A stretch of 64,000 nucleotides of DNA, taken from IMG/VR virus record IMGVR_UViG_3300042878_001497, positions 109,416 through 173,415 of that record. One strand, written 5' to 3'. The first letter of the stretch is position 1; each line of letters starts with the position of its first letter. This DNA comes from a virus. A model generated the notes under the pieces. That model was not told where the DNA came from, searched no databases, and worked only from the letters and a program-made list of their open reading frames with translations. This document shows positions 37,686 through 47,278 of the stretch, piece by piece. The position numbers and the translations under genes were made by a program.

Positions 37686-38085
37686 ACTCATCAGCGAAGC
37701 AGAGGTTAAATGTCCTCCTGCCACCCAAAACATCGATCTCAATCTTGAGAACAGACAGAAAGCCATTGACGAATACGGATACGGCCCTGCTGACCCTTCC
37801 CAGAAGAACGAAAAATTCTGGAAGAAGAAAATGGATATGTGGCAGGTCGATACGGCTGAAGAGCTTAAGAATATGGTGTGCGGTACTTGTGCTGCCTTCG
37901 ATATTACTTCTAAGACTTTAGACTGTATCGCTAAGGGCATCGGATCAGACATGGGTTCGGAAGATCCTTACGATGTTATTGATGCCGGTCAGCTTGGTTA
38001 CTGCCGCTTTTTAAAGTTCAAGTGTGCAGCTGCTAGAACCTGTGACGCCTGGGTGATCGGAGGCCCGATCAAAGATAAGGAGTAA
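37672..38085 (+). CDS. Cys-rich metal-binding protein, putative head cargo
   Basis: MKLSKLISE; CGTCAAF...GYC...KC...TCDAW. Confidence 0.65.
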   Translation: MKLSKLISEAEVKCPPATQNIDLNLENRQKAIDEYGYGPADPSQKNEKFWKKKMDMWQVDTAEELKNMVCGTCAAFDITSKTLDCIAKGIGSDMGSEDPYDVIDAGQLGYCRFLKFKCAAARTCDAWVIGGPIKDKE

Positions 38086-38297
38086 TGAAAAAATCTGAAT
38101 TCCAGAACTTGATTCAAGAGCTAGCAGCAGAAGTGCTAACAGAAGGAATTCACGATCCTATGAATCCTGGCATTCTCAAAAAGAGGTTAGGTAAGCTTTC
38201 ATGCTCTAAAGTAAGAGCGGCTAGAGGAAAACTTAAAGATAAAGGTACTACATATGCTAAAGCCCTGCAGAGGTACCTTAACTATCACTGTCAGTGA
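38085..38297 (+). CDS. small basic protein, putative head cargo
   Basis: MKKSEFQNLIQELAAEVLTE followed by a basic domain. Confidence 0.6.
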   Translation: MKKSEFQNLIQELAAEVLTEGIHDPMNPGILKKRLGKLSCSKVRAARGKLKDKGTTYAKALQRYLNYHCQ

Positions 38298-38323
38298 TCT
38301 ATTTATAAAGAAAAAACCTTGCC

Positions 38324-38548
38324 ATGTCTAAAGTAACTTTCAACGGAGGCTATTACCTAACAGGTACTTCACCAGTATCAGGTAGCTGGAGAGCAATTAC
38401 CTCAGTATCTTCAAGCACTGTGATCGAATCTGCTGTATTTGCAGACGGTAGTACAGTTGCAAACCTACCTCTACCAGCTGGTCTTAACCTAGAAGTAAAG
38501 ATCAGACAAATTAAACTTTCAACCGGAGGAGCTTTTTTAGCTAAGTAA
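38324..38548 (+). CDS. small beta-rich virion protein
   Basis: Late promoter at 38300; Ser/Thr/Gly-rich. Confidence 0.55.
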   Translation: MSKVTFNGGYYLTGTSPVSGSWRAITSVSSSTVIESAVFADGSTVANLPLPAGLNLEVKIRQIKLSTGGAFLAK

Positions 38549-38549
38549 T

Positions 38550-39434
38550 ATGAAGCTACAGGAAAGTATTATGAGCGATTTGGATGCTCTTGCAAGAGAG
38601 TATTCAGATGTAGAGGAGTACATCCTAGCAGCTTTTTCAGATAAGTACTTTAATCTTAAGAAAGATAAAGACACCATTGAGTTTTTAAGGATTATTTTTG
38701 ATAATGCACACAAGGACCTAGACATGGCTCCTATGCAAGTAACCGAGAAAAAAGCTACATACTGCGGCAGATGCGGACACACTCACGTTAAAGGAACTCC
38801 TTGCCCAAGACCTTTTAAAGAAGGGTTATCACCTTACGGCGATGATGCATACTTCGTAGTACCAAACAAAGGAAAGATGAAAAAAGAAGATATTTTAAAA
38901 GCTATTAAAGAAGTACTAGCTGAAAATACAGTACAAGTCAGCAAAATAACCGGCCGTACTGGAGAAACAGAAGTGGATGTGGTAACACCTAAGCAGAAGG
39001 CAGAGTTAGAAAAAGCTGGTGCAAGAGTCACCCCAATGGAGGAAGACCTAGATCTAGGACACCAGGATGACGAACCGCATATGATCAAATCAGAGCTTTA
39101 CAAGATTGCTAAATACGCTCTTGAGCTCTACAAAATGGTTGATCAGTTTGAAGGTAAAGGAGAAGTAGATTTTCCGGCCTGGTGGCAGTCTAAAGTCACA
39201 AAAGCATCTTCGATGGTTAGCAGTGCCAAGCACTACCTTGAGTTCGAACTAGCTGAACCGGCAATGGATCAGGCAGTAGTAGGCGATGAAATGCCTGTTA
39301 CAGAAAAACTAGACCCAGTCGGCCACGAAGATGAGGATGTTGATAATGACGGTAAGAAGAATACCAAAACCGACAAGTACATCAAAAACAGAAGAGTAAA
39401 GATCGGTCAAGCAATCGCAAGTCATAAGAAGTAA
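38550..39434 (+). CDS. modular internal-head-like polyprotein
   Basis: Short modules separated by [LVMF]xE sites: CGRCGHTH..PC, DFPAWWQSKVTKA, EDEDVDNDGK. Confidence 0.55.
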   Translation: MKLQESIMSDLDALAREYSDVEEYILAAFSDKYFNLKKDKDTIEFLRIIFDNAHKDLDMAPMQVTEKKATYCGRCGHTHVKGTPCPRPFKEGLSPYGDDAYFVVPNKGKMKKEDILKAIKEVLAENTVQVSKITGRTGETEVDVVTPKQKAELEKAGARVTPMEEDLDLGHQDDEPHMIKSELYKIAKYALELYKMVDQFEGKGEVDFPAWWQSKVTKASSMVSSAKHYLEFELAEPAMDQAVVGDEMPVTEKLDPVGHEDEDVDNDGKKNTKTDKYIKNRRVKIGQAIASHKK

Positions 39435-39997
39435 TGAAGCTACAGGATCTAAGACATATCATCGAGGAAGCCTATCTTGAGGTGCTAATTGAAGCAGCTG
39501 AAGAACCAGCTACCGGTCCTAAGAGAGATCAAACGGACCCGACACTAGATATTCTTCAAAAATTTCCTACCTTACAGAAGACGTTAACACATTTGTTAAC
39601 TTCCCAATATATGGAATTTGTAGAAAAGGTAGGATGGATGTCACCCAAACCTTCTACGTTTAAGGTCGAATTTAAATCCGGACAGGATATGACCTTAAAG
39701 TGGATGGGTAAAAACTTTGAAGCCAATATTGAAGGCAAGCGCTACTACCTAGCCAACCTTCCGGAATTCCAGCAGGCATTAGACAAGATCGGAATGATGC
39801 TCGCACACGGTCCTATTCAGACAGGAATGGATGCATTAGGAGGAGAAGAAGGAGCCGGAGGCGATGTATTCGCCGGAGCCGGAGCACCTGAACCCGCAGC
39901 CGGAGCAGAAACAGGAGCTGAAGCCGGTGCTGGAGCAGGAGCAGAAACACCCGCTACACCAGCCGCAGGAGAAGAAGACGTATTTGCAGGACTATAA
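39434..39997 (+). CDS. hypothetical late protein
   Basis: MKLQDLRHIIEE...VLIE leader; Ala/Gly/Glu low-complexity tail. Confidence 0.6.
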   Translation: MKLQDLRHIIEEAYLEVLIEAAEEPATGPKRDQTDPTLDILQKFPTLQKTLTHLLTSQYMEFVEKVGWMSPKPSTFKVEFKSGQDMTLKWMGKNFEANIEGKRYYLANLPEFQQALDKIGMMLAHGPIQTGMDALGGEEGAGGDVFAGAGAPEPAAGAETGAEAGAGAGAETPATPAAGEEDVFAGL

Positions 39998-41157
39998 TGA
40001 ATCTAATAGATAAGGTTATTGAGGAATGGGCTTGGAGATGCCCTAAAGGATACCCACAGTTGGACTCTAAGGAAGATCTTCGTATCTTTGAAGGATTATT
40101 CAATATAAACCTTACCGAAGCATCTGTGAAGTCTAATACGCTCGCCGCCAAGCAAGTACTCTTACAAAAATATCCCGAGACTTTCTCGGCAATGGCTGAT
40201 TCTGCCCCCCACCGTATAGGTAACAGAGGTAAGATATCTGCTGCGGATTTTACTGCTATCATCGAAAAAGAATTTGGCACCGCCCCAGAATATTTCGCTC
40301 CAAACACATCTCAGAACAATAAACAAATTAAACCAGACGGTAGCCGAACATTCCCATTATTCCGATTTAAAACAGAGAAAGGAGATGTTGCTCTAATTCT
40401 AGCCGGCGGTCCTAAAGAAGAGACCTCTGAAAGACAGGAGCACGGAGTGATCAACACTATTAATTCTATTGAAGGAATTAAGACAATTAAAGATCAAAAC
40501 GGACACACTATCGAAGGTGTAGTTCGGGCAGAAAAAATGTCACCAGTGCCGGGATACAGGCATGAACCTTACTCTGATATTAAACTTGTAATTCAAGGTA
40601 CCGAAGATCCTTTCTTAATCTCAGCTAAAGGGCTTACCTCTCCTACCATTGCAGGAGGAGGCCTACAGGGAGCTATGAAACTATCCCCTAAAGTACAAGA
40701 GTTTATAAAACAGTTCTACGAAGATGCATACCAGTATTACAAAAAGATCTTTGAAGAGCATTCCGAACTGACTCCCGAATATAACCTCTACAAAACAAGC
40801 TACTTTAAAGACGTTAACAGAAAAGTTCCTGAAGATATTGTACTAGAGATCGTAAAAGGTACCCCAGCAGTAGGAGGAGAAGTAGACGCATACTACATCG
40901 GAGATATGAACGTACAGCCTCAGGTAGAAGGAAACGTAATTACTTTTAATGGTAATATTAAACCAGTAGAAGAGTTTGCAAAGCAGGATTTATATCTTCA
41001 TATTAGAAAAAGAGATGGAGATTACTACTTTGTAGATAATATGCAGACAGTCAACGGAGTAACCATGCCGAGAATCTTCGCTAGCAAACCTAACGGAACT
41101 ACAGCTAGCTCTAGATTAGGATCACACACCTCCCTACGTGGAACAGTAATTATTTAA
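39997..41157 (+). CDS. putative PD-(D/E)xK-like nuclease with N-terminal leader
   Basis: MNLIDKVIEEWAWRCPKGYP...INLTE leader; ERQEHGVI...YSDIKLV...LISAK resembles the E..D..SxK restriction-nuclease core. Confidence 0.5.
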   Translation: MNLIDKVIEEWAWRCPKGYPQLDSKEDLRIFEGLFNINLTEASVKSNTLAAKQVLLQKYPETFSAMADSAPHRIGNRGKISAADFTAIIEKEFGTAPEYFAPNTSQNNKQIKPDGSRTFPLFRFKTEKGDVALILAGGPKEETSERQEHGVINTINSIEGIKTIKDQNGHTIEGVVRAEKMSPVPGYRHEPYSDIKLVIQGTEDPFLISAKGLTSPTIAGGGLQGAMKLSPKVQEFIKQFYEDAYQYYKKIFEEHSELTPEYNLYKTSYFKDVNRKVPEDIVLEIVKGTPAVGGEVDAYYIGDMNVQPQVEGNVITFNGNIKPVEEFAKQDLYLHIRKRDGDYYFVDNMQTVNGVTMPRIFASKPNGTTASSRLGSHTSLRGTVII

Positions 41158-41160
41158 GCC

Positions 41161-41505
41161 ATGCAAAAATTACAATCAATAGTTACTCTTATAGCAATCG
41201 CAATTGCTATATTAGCAATGACCGGAGTTTTAAATCCGTACAAGAAAAAATACCTGACCGAACTAAAGGCTCAAGAAGAAGCTAGCCAAGCCAAAGTAGA
41301 TACTCTGCAATCAGAGATCTTTATGCTGGAAGTAGAAAATGCAATCTTAGAAGAGAGAACAGATTCTGTGCTAGTAGTTCTAGGAACTTCAGAAACCAAA
41401 CGTAAACAAGAAAGAGATGCACACAATCGTAAAATGGCTGAGCTTGGTAAGCTTTCTAATGCTGAGCTTGCCCGCTACTTCGCAGAGCGTTACAATCGTA
41501 AATAA
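41161..41505 (+). CDS. N-terminal TM + coiled-coil protein (i-spanin-like)
   Basis: IVTLIAIAIAILAMTGVL followed by a long coiled coil; overlaps the next gene. Confidence 0.5.
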   Translation: MQKLQSIVTLIAIAIAILAMTGVLNPYKKKYLTELKAQEEASQAKVDTLQSEIFMLEVENAILEERTDSVLVVLGTSETKRKQERDAHNRKMAELGKLSNAELARYFAERYNRK

Positions 41506-41836
41506 CGACACCCTAATCTGCCTGCCAGATTCAATTGCTAGAAAAGTTATCGCTGATCTAGAGGAAGGAGACTTATGTCAAAGAGAGCTTCTAAGCTACA
41601 AAAAAGACGTTGAAAGCTACCTTACTCTAATCGGTATTAAAGAAGAAGAAATTACAAACTTTAAAACTATTGTGACTAAGAAAGACGGCATTATTACCGA
41701 ACTTAATGTACAATTAGGAATTAAAGAAAAAGAAATCGCAGTACTAAAGACCGGCAAAGCCGCTAACTACTGGAAAGGGTTATTCACCGGACTAGGAGCA
41801 GGTGCAGGCCTAGTACTGGTATTAACATTGTTATGA
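41417..41836 (+). CDS. signal peptide + coiled coil + C-terminal TM protein (spanin-like partner?)
   Basis: MHTIVKWLSLVSFLMLSLPATS|Q; C-terminus GLFTGLGAGAGLVLVLTLL. Confidence 0.5.
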   Translation: MHTIVKWLSLVSFLMLSLPATSQSVTIVNNDTLICLPDSIARKVIADLEEGDLCQRELLSYKKDVESYLTLIGIKEEEITNFKTIVTKKDGIITELNVQLGIKEKEIAVLKTGKAANYWKGLFTGLGAGAGLVLVLTLL

Positions 41837-43413
41837 GTGAACAACCAGTAAATGTCAAACAGCTAGTAATTCAAGAATACGCAAAGTGTGCCCAAGACCC
41901 GGCATACTTCATGCGTAAATATTGTTATATTCAGCACCCTACCCGAGGTAGAATCCTATTCAATCTCTACCCATTCCAGGATAAGGTTTTACACCTTTTT
42001 AGAGATAATCAGTTCCTGATTACGCTAAAATCTAGACAGCTTGGTATCTCAACCCTAGCATCAGGGTATGCTCTGTGGTTGATGCTGTTTCACAAAGACA
42101 AGAACGTCCTTGCGCTTGCAACCACCCAATCTACTGCTAGAAATCTAGTAACTAAAGTACAGTTTATGTACGATCAGCTACCAAGCTGGCTGAGACTAAA
42201 ATCAGTAGAAAAGAACAAACTATCCCTACGTCTCACCAACGGGTCAAGGATCTCAGCTAAATCATCTAATTCAGATGCTGCTCGATCGGAAGCTGTATCT
42301 CTGCTTTTAATTGATGAAGCTGCATTCATTGAGAACATCGACGAGACGTTCGCAGCAGCCCAACAAACCCTAGCAACAGGAGGTCAGTGTATGGCACTAT
42401 CTACTCCTAACGGTGTAGGTAACTGGTTCCATCAAACCTGGGTAAAAGCAGAAACAAGAGAGAATTCTTTTATACCTGTTAAGCTACCTTGGACCGTTCA
42501 CCCGGAAAGAACCCAAGCCTGGAGAGATCAGCAGGATGCTGACCTAGGGCCTAGAATGGCAGCACAGGAATGTGACTGTGACTTCCTTGCATCCGGTGAG
42601 ACAGTATTTGAGCCTGAATATCTTTCATTCTACGAACAGACTTACCAGAAGGACCCTAGCGAAAAAAGAGGAGTTGATAGCAACTTATGGATCTGGGAAT
42701 ATCCCGACTATACAAAGTCATACATGGTTGTGGCTGACGTAGCAAGAGGGGACGGAGCCGACTACTCTACCTTCCATATCATGGACGTTGAAGGGGCTAC
42801 GCAAATCGGAGAGTATAGAAGCAAGGTATCTCCTAGGGATTTCGGTAACATTTTAGTAGGAATAGCCTCAGAATACAACAACGCCCTACTAGTAGTAGAA
42901 AATGCTTCAATGGGATGGGCTACAATCGAGCAGATCCTAGAAAGAGAATATCCAAACCTTTATTATTCATCCAGATCAGACCAGGATACGGTTGAGAGTT
43001 ATATGACAAAGTATGAGCGGGGTAATCTAGTACCTGGCTTTACCATGTCTATGAAGACTCGTCCCCTGGTTATCGCCAAGATGATGGAATATATCCGAGA
43101 TAAATCAGTAACCATTCAGTCAAAAAGGTTGCTGGAAGAGATGAGAGTATTTGTTTGGAAGAATGGAAAGGCTCAAGCACAGAATGGCTACAACGATGAT
43201 CTTATTATAGCTTTCGCTACCTCATTATACGTTAGAGATACAGCTCTAAGACTAAGACAACAGGGTATGGACCTGGCTAGAGCACAGCTATCTTCGTTTT
43301 CTAGTCTAAATAATCGTCAGGCTCCCGTGTATAATGTTGGAAATATGCAAAATAACCCGTATATTATGGATACTCCGTACGGAAAAGAGGACATCTCTTG
43401 GTTACTCCGCTAG
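41833..43413 (+). CDS. terL: terminase large subunit (T4 gp17-like)
   Basis: LYPFQ, KSRQLGIST Walker A, LLLIDEAAF Walker B, STPNG, VADVARG, NDDL nuclease residues. Confidence 0.97.
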   Translation: MSEQPVNVKQLVIQEYAKCAQDPAYFMRKYCYIQHPTRGRILFNLYPFQDKVLHLFRDNQFLITLKSRQLGISTLASGYALWLMLFHKDKNVLALATTQSTARNLVTKVQFMYDQLPSWLRLKSVEKNKLSLRLTNGSRISAKSSNSDAARSEAVSLLLIDEAAFIENIDETFAAAQQTLATGGQCMALSTPNGVGNWFHQTWVKAETRENSFIPVKLPWTVHPERTQAWRDQQDADLGPRMAAQECDCDFLASGETVFEPEYLSFYEQTYQKDPSEKRGVDSNLWIWEYPDYTKSYMVVADVARGDGADYSTFHIMDVEGATQIGEYRSKVSPRDFGNILVGIASEYNNALLVVENASMGWATIEQILEREYPNLYYSSRSDQDTVESYMTKYERGNLVPGFTMSMKTRPLVIAKMMEYIRDKSVTIQSKRLLEEMRVFVWKNGKAQAQNGYNDDLIIAFATSLYVRDTALRLRQQGMDLARAQLSSFSSLNNRQAPVYNVGNMQNNPYIMDTPYGKEDISWLLR

Positions 43414-43440
43414 GACTATTTATATTTAAACTGCTTTTAC

Positions 43441-45318
43441 ATGGCTGATACTTCATTATTTAGTAGATTACAGAGACTTTTCTCTACCGACGTAGTTATT
43501 CGCAACGTTGGCGGTAATCAGCTCAAGATAGCAGACGTAAACCACATTCAGAGCACCGGTCGATACGAGACTAACTCGTTGGTTGACCGTTTCTCTCGTC
43601 TTTACATCTACAATAATAAGAACATTTTTAATCCGAACCTTAACTACCAGACGTTAAGGATTCAACTTTACTCGGATTACGAAGCAATGGACTCTGATCC
43701 AATCATCGCTTCAGCACTTGATATCCTAGCCGACGAAGCTACCCTGAGAAATGATATGGGGGATGTACTTACAGTTAAGACATCGGACGAGAACATTAAG
43801 AAGATCTTAAATAACTTATTTTACGACGTACTTAATATCGAGTTCAATCTTTGGTCTTGGACTCGTAATATGTGTAAGTATGGTGATTTCTTCCTTAAGC
43901 TAGAGATTGCAGAAACATTCGGTGTTTACAACGTACTGCCGTATACAGTCTACAGTATGGTACGCCATGAGAGTCAGGATCCTAACGCTCCTGCTAAGGT
44001 AACCTTTACCATCGACCCAGATGGAATCGCTTCATCTACCGATCCTAACTACATTCCTAGACATAAGGATAAAGTAATTCAGCTAGATAACTACGAAGTA
44101 GCACACTTCCGTCTTTTATCTGATACTAACTTCCTTCCTTACGGACGTTCTTACCTAGAGCCTGCTAGAAAAGTATACAAGCAGTTGATACTAATGGAAG
44201 ATGCGATGCTGATTCACCGCATCATGAGAGCTCCTGAGAAGAGAACTTTCTATGTCAACGTTGGTAACGTACCACCAAACGAGGTTGAGCAGTTCATGCA
44301 GAAGACTATCAACCAGATGAAGAAAACTCCTTATGTAGATCCTCAAACCGGTCAATACAACCTGCGTTTCAATATGCAGAACATGATCGAGGACTTCTAC
44401 ATCCCTGTTCGTGGAGGAGATACTTCAACTAGAATCGAAACAACTAAAGGACTTGAGTACGACGGCACCAACGACGTCGCTTACTTAAGAGATAAAATGT
44501 TTGCTGCCCTTAAAGTACCTAAAGCGTACTTTGGATACGAAGGAGATCTTCAAGGTAAAGCAACTCTAGCTGCAGAAGATATTCGTTTTGCAAGAACAAT
44601 CGAAAGAATCCAGCGCATCATCGAATCAGAGCTTACTAAGATTGCTCTTATTCACTTATACACCCAGGGCTACAAGGGTGAAAGCTTAACAAACTTTGAA
44701 CTTAAGCTTACAACTCCTTCTATCATTTACGAACAGGAGAAAGTTGCCCTTCTAAAAGAGAAGATCGACCTAGCAAGCCAGATGATGGACAGTAAGTTAT
44801 TCTCTTCTGACTACATCTACGAAAACATCTTTAACCTATCTGAAGATCAGTACAACGAAATGCGCGATCTTATCAGAGAAGATAGTAAGAGAACCTTCCG
44901 TGCAACTCAAATTGAGAACGAAGGCAATGACCCAGCTAAATCAGGTATATCTTACGGAACTCCTCACGACCTTGCTTCGATGTACGGTAGAAGAGGATCA
45001 GATTCACAAAAAGTACCTGTTGGTTACGATGAACTAGTAGGTGAGCCTAACCCGGAAGGTCGCCCTAGAACCAATATCTCTATCTACGGAACTCAAGAAG
45101 ATCCGTTAGGCAGAGACAGACTTGGACAACATGATATGAAAGGAGGCTACGAATCTCAGAATGACAAACTGAAGGAAGGCAGTCTCGCTACTAGAGCAGT
45201 GTTCTATCAAAATCAGGATCTATTCAAAGAGCGTAAAAAGCTAATCTTTGAACAGGACCATACTGCAGAATCCAGCACACTACTGGATGAAAGCAATATT
45301 AAGGATTTAGATAAGTAA
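43441..45318 (+). CDS. gp20: portal protein (T4 gp20-like)
   Basis: YGRSYLEPARK..KQL.LMEDAMLIHRIMRAPEKRTFYVNVGN, EDFYIPVRGG, ALKVPK, EDIRFAR. Confidence 0.96.
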   Translation: MADTSLFSRLQRLFSTDVVIRNVGGNQLKIADVNHIQSTGRYETNSLVDRFSRLYIYNNKNIFNPNLNYQTLRIQLYSDYEAMDSDPIIASALDILADEATLRNDMGDVLTVKTSDENIKKILNNLFYDVLNIEFNLWSWTRNMCKYGDFFLKLEIAETFGVYNVLPYTVYSMVRHESQDPNAPAKVTFTIDPDGIASSTDPNYIPRHKDKVIQLDNYEVAHFRLLSDTNFLPYGRSYLEPARKVYKQLILMEDAMLIHRIMRAPEKRTFYVNVGNVPPNEVEQFMQKTINQMKKTPYVDPQTGQYNLRFNMQNMIEDFYIPVRGGDTSTRIETTKGLEYDGTNDVAYLRDKMFAALKVPKAYFGYEGDLQGKATLAAEDIRFARTIERIQRIIESELTKIALIHLYTQGYKGESLTNFELKLTTPSIIYEQEKVALLKEKIDLASQMMDSKLFSSDYIYENIFNLSEDQYNEMRDLIREDSKRTFRATQIENEGNDPAKSGISYGTPHDLASMYGRRGSDSQKVPVGYDELVGEPNPEGRPRTNISIYGTQEDPLGRDRLGQHDMKGGYESQNDKLKEGSLATRAVFYQNQDLFKERKKLIFEQDHTAESSTLLDESNIKDLDK

Positions 45319-45349
45319 CATATATTTATATTAGTAGAATTACATACTC

Positions 45350-46204
45350 ATGAAAATTAAGCATTCAAAGTATAAAAACACTGGCCTTATTTTTGAGCTA
45401 TTGGTAAAGCAGATCGCTGCCGATACTCTATCGAGGAAAGACTCCCCGGCAGTGAAGGTACTCAAGAAGTTCTACACAGGAAAGACATCGCTAGTTAGAG
45501 AATTTAAACTCTACGAATACATCCTTAAGAACAAAGGAGTATCCCAGCCCAAAGCCGACACCATCGTCTCCACTATCATCGAGATCTCTAACAAGTTAGA
45601 TAGAACTGCTATCAAGAAGCAGAAGTACGATCTTATCAAAGAGATTAAAGAGTCTTACGACCTAGAGGAGTTCTTCTCTATGAAGGTCCGGGACTATAAG
45701 CCGTTAGCTGCTCTGTACTGCTTGATGGAGACTCAAAGCTCTGAAGATCTCGCTGATCCTAAGTTCATCGTCGATAACAGAGTTACTATTCTAGAGCACT
45801 TGACTGCTAAGAAGCAAAATGAGGTTGACGTAAAAGATGCACTAATTGAAGAGTACGCAAAATACGATAAGGACTTAAGACTCCTTACCTACAGAATTCT
45901 ACTTGAGAAGTTTAACGGCGAGTACGAAAACTTCCTACCTGAGCAGAAAGCAATCCTTAGAGAGTTTATCACAGCTTCTGAATCTCAGGTTAAGTTAAGA
46001 AATATGATCAACGAAGAATTAGAGAAGATCTCTAAAGAAGTTGAAACTTTGAAGGCTAAAGTAAACGACGAGATTGTAAAAATCAAGCTTGACGAAGTAC
46101 ATAAGATTATCAAACCTTTAGATAAGAAGACTCGTATCGACGATAATCATATTGTTAATTTGTTGCAATACTACGAATTAGTAAATGAGTTAAAGTCAAT
46201 ATGA
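45350..46204 (+). CDS. head-module protein (putative prohead core)
   Basis: Lies between portal and protease; late promoter; helical. Confidence 0.5.
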   Translation: MKIKHSKYKNTGLIFELLVKQIAADTLSRKDSPAVKVLKKFYTGKTSLVREFKLYEYILKNKGVSQPKADTIVSTIIEISNKLDRTAIKKQKYDLIKEIKESYDLEEFFSMKVRDYKPLAALYCLMETQSSEDLADPKFIVDNRVTILEHLTAKKQNEVDVKDALIEEYAKYDKDLRLLTYRILLEKFNGEYENFLPEQKAILREFITASESQVKLRNMINEELEKISKEVETLKAKVNDEIVKIKLDEVHKIIKPLDKKTRIDDNHIVNLLQYYELVNELKSI

Positions 46205-46419
46205 AAAAGAGCGAATTCATCGAAGTACTAAGAGAGCTCATTCAACAGGAGCTCAACGAGGTGAACGTAACAGGAGCTATTGCACCTATCACAACTCCTT
46301 TCGCTTTTTCAAAAGGAAAAAAAGACAACAGAGCCGTTAAGACAATGAAGGGCTTTGGTTACACTAAAGCAGAAAGACCAAAGAGACCCTCACACACTAA
46401 AATGTTTGATTTCAAATGA
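46201..46419 (+). CDS. small head-module protein
   Basis: MKKSEFIEVLRELIQQELNE leader, then TPFAF. Confidence 0.55.
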   Translation: MKKSEFIEVLRELIQQELNEVNVTGAIAPITTPFAFSKGKKDNRAVKTMKGFGYTKAERPKRPSHTKMFDFK

Positions 46420-47276
46420 GAACACTACAGGAAAAATATAATGCTGTTCTAGAAGGAAACTTCTCAAAAGAGCAATTTAGGAGAGATGCAGTTATGCAGC
46501 TTCCTAACGTTGTTTCTAAGTTTAACAGCTTTGAAGATATGACAGCCATCCTCAAGAACAGAGGTATGATTGCTGAAGCTAAAAAAGAAGAAGTAACAGC
46601 CTACAAAAAGCCAGAAGTAGATCCTATCGATTTAATTGCCCCGGACCTTTTAGATGACGGCATCAGAGCTGAACTAGAAGCTAAGGGCATCGAAGGAACT
46701 CCTTCTGAAGAAGAGTACACAAAAGCAAAAGAGAAAGCAGCTAAGAATCTAGCAAAAGATCCTCTTCATTATAAGAATGCCCAGACCATGCCTGAGATGG
46801 GTGAGAAAATGGAGAAAGCAAAGCTTCAAGAAGGTGACACTCAAAATACTTTCTTAAGAGACCGTGAAAGACTAAGAGATGAACTTTCAGACAAGGAAGT
46901 AGCTGCTGCAGTAGCAGATGAGCCTAACAATGTAGGTAAAGCATTCAGAGATATGGTAATGCAAGAGCCTGAGACGTATGTGAAAATGTCTAAAGACGAG
47001 CTTATTGCTGCTTTCAAAGACTACAAAGAGAACTACTACATCGATCAAGAAGCTCAAGAGCGAATGGATGCTATTGCAGGTCAGCCTGACTTCCAAGAAG
47101 GAGCAGAAGACGTTAATGTAGATGATTTTGAAGCTAACAGAACCAATACTAGAGATTTCGCTTCAAGCCATCCAAAAAAGAAAGACGACGGCACTTACGA
47201 CATCAAAGACATAATGAAAGAAGCCCAGCTCAAAGAAGCAGTAAAGGCTTTAATTAAGAAGACTCTAGAATCATAA
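46416..47276 (+). CDS. acidic head-module/internal protein
   Basis: Several LxE-type sites (TLQE, VLE, IAE, LQE, LKE); located in the head operon. Confidence 0.55.
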   Translation: MRTLQEKYNAVLEGNFSKEQFRRDAVMQLPNVVSKFNSFEDMTAILKNRGMIAEAKKEEVTAYKKPEVDPIDLIAPDLLDDGIRAELEAKGIEGTPSEEEYTKAKEKAAKNLAKDPLHYKNAQTMPEMGEKMEKAKLQEGDTQNTFLRDRERLRDELSDKEVAAAVADEPNNVGKAFRDMVMQEPETYVKMSKDELIAAFKDYKENYYIDQEAQERMDAIAGQPDFQEGAEDVNVDDFEANRTNTRDFASSHPKKKDDGTYDIKDIMKEAQLKEAVKALIKKTLES

Positions 47277-47278
47277 TC

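Noticed and set aside
43336-43367. Early-type promoter at the end of terL (GTTG-N20-TATATTAT)
   Set aside because: It is an imperfect match inside coding sequence, and the portal gene already has a late motif at 43417, so it is probably chance.
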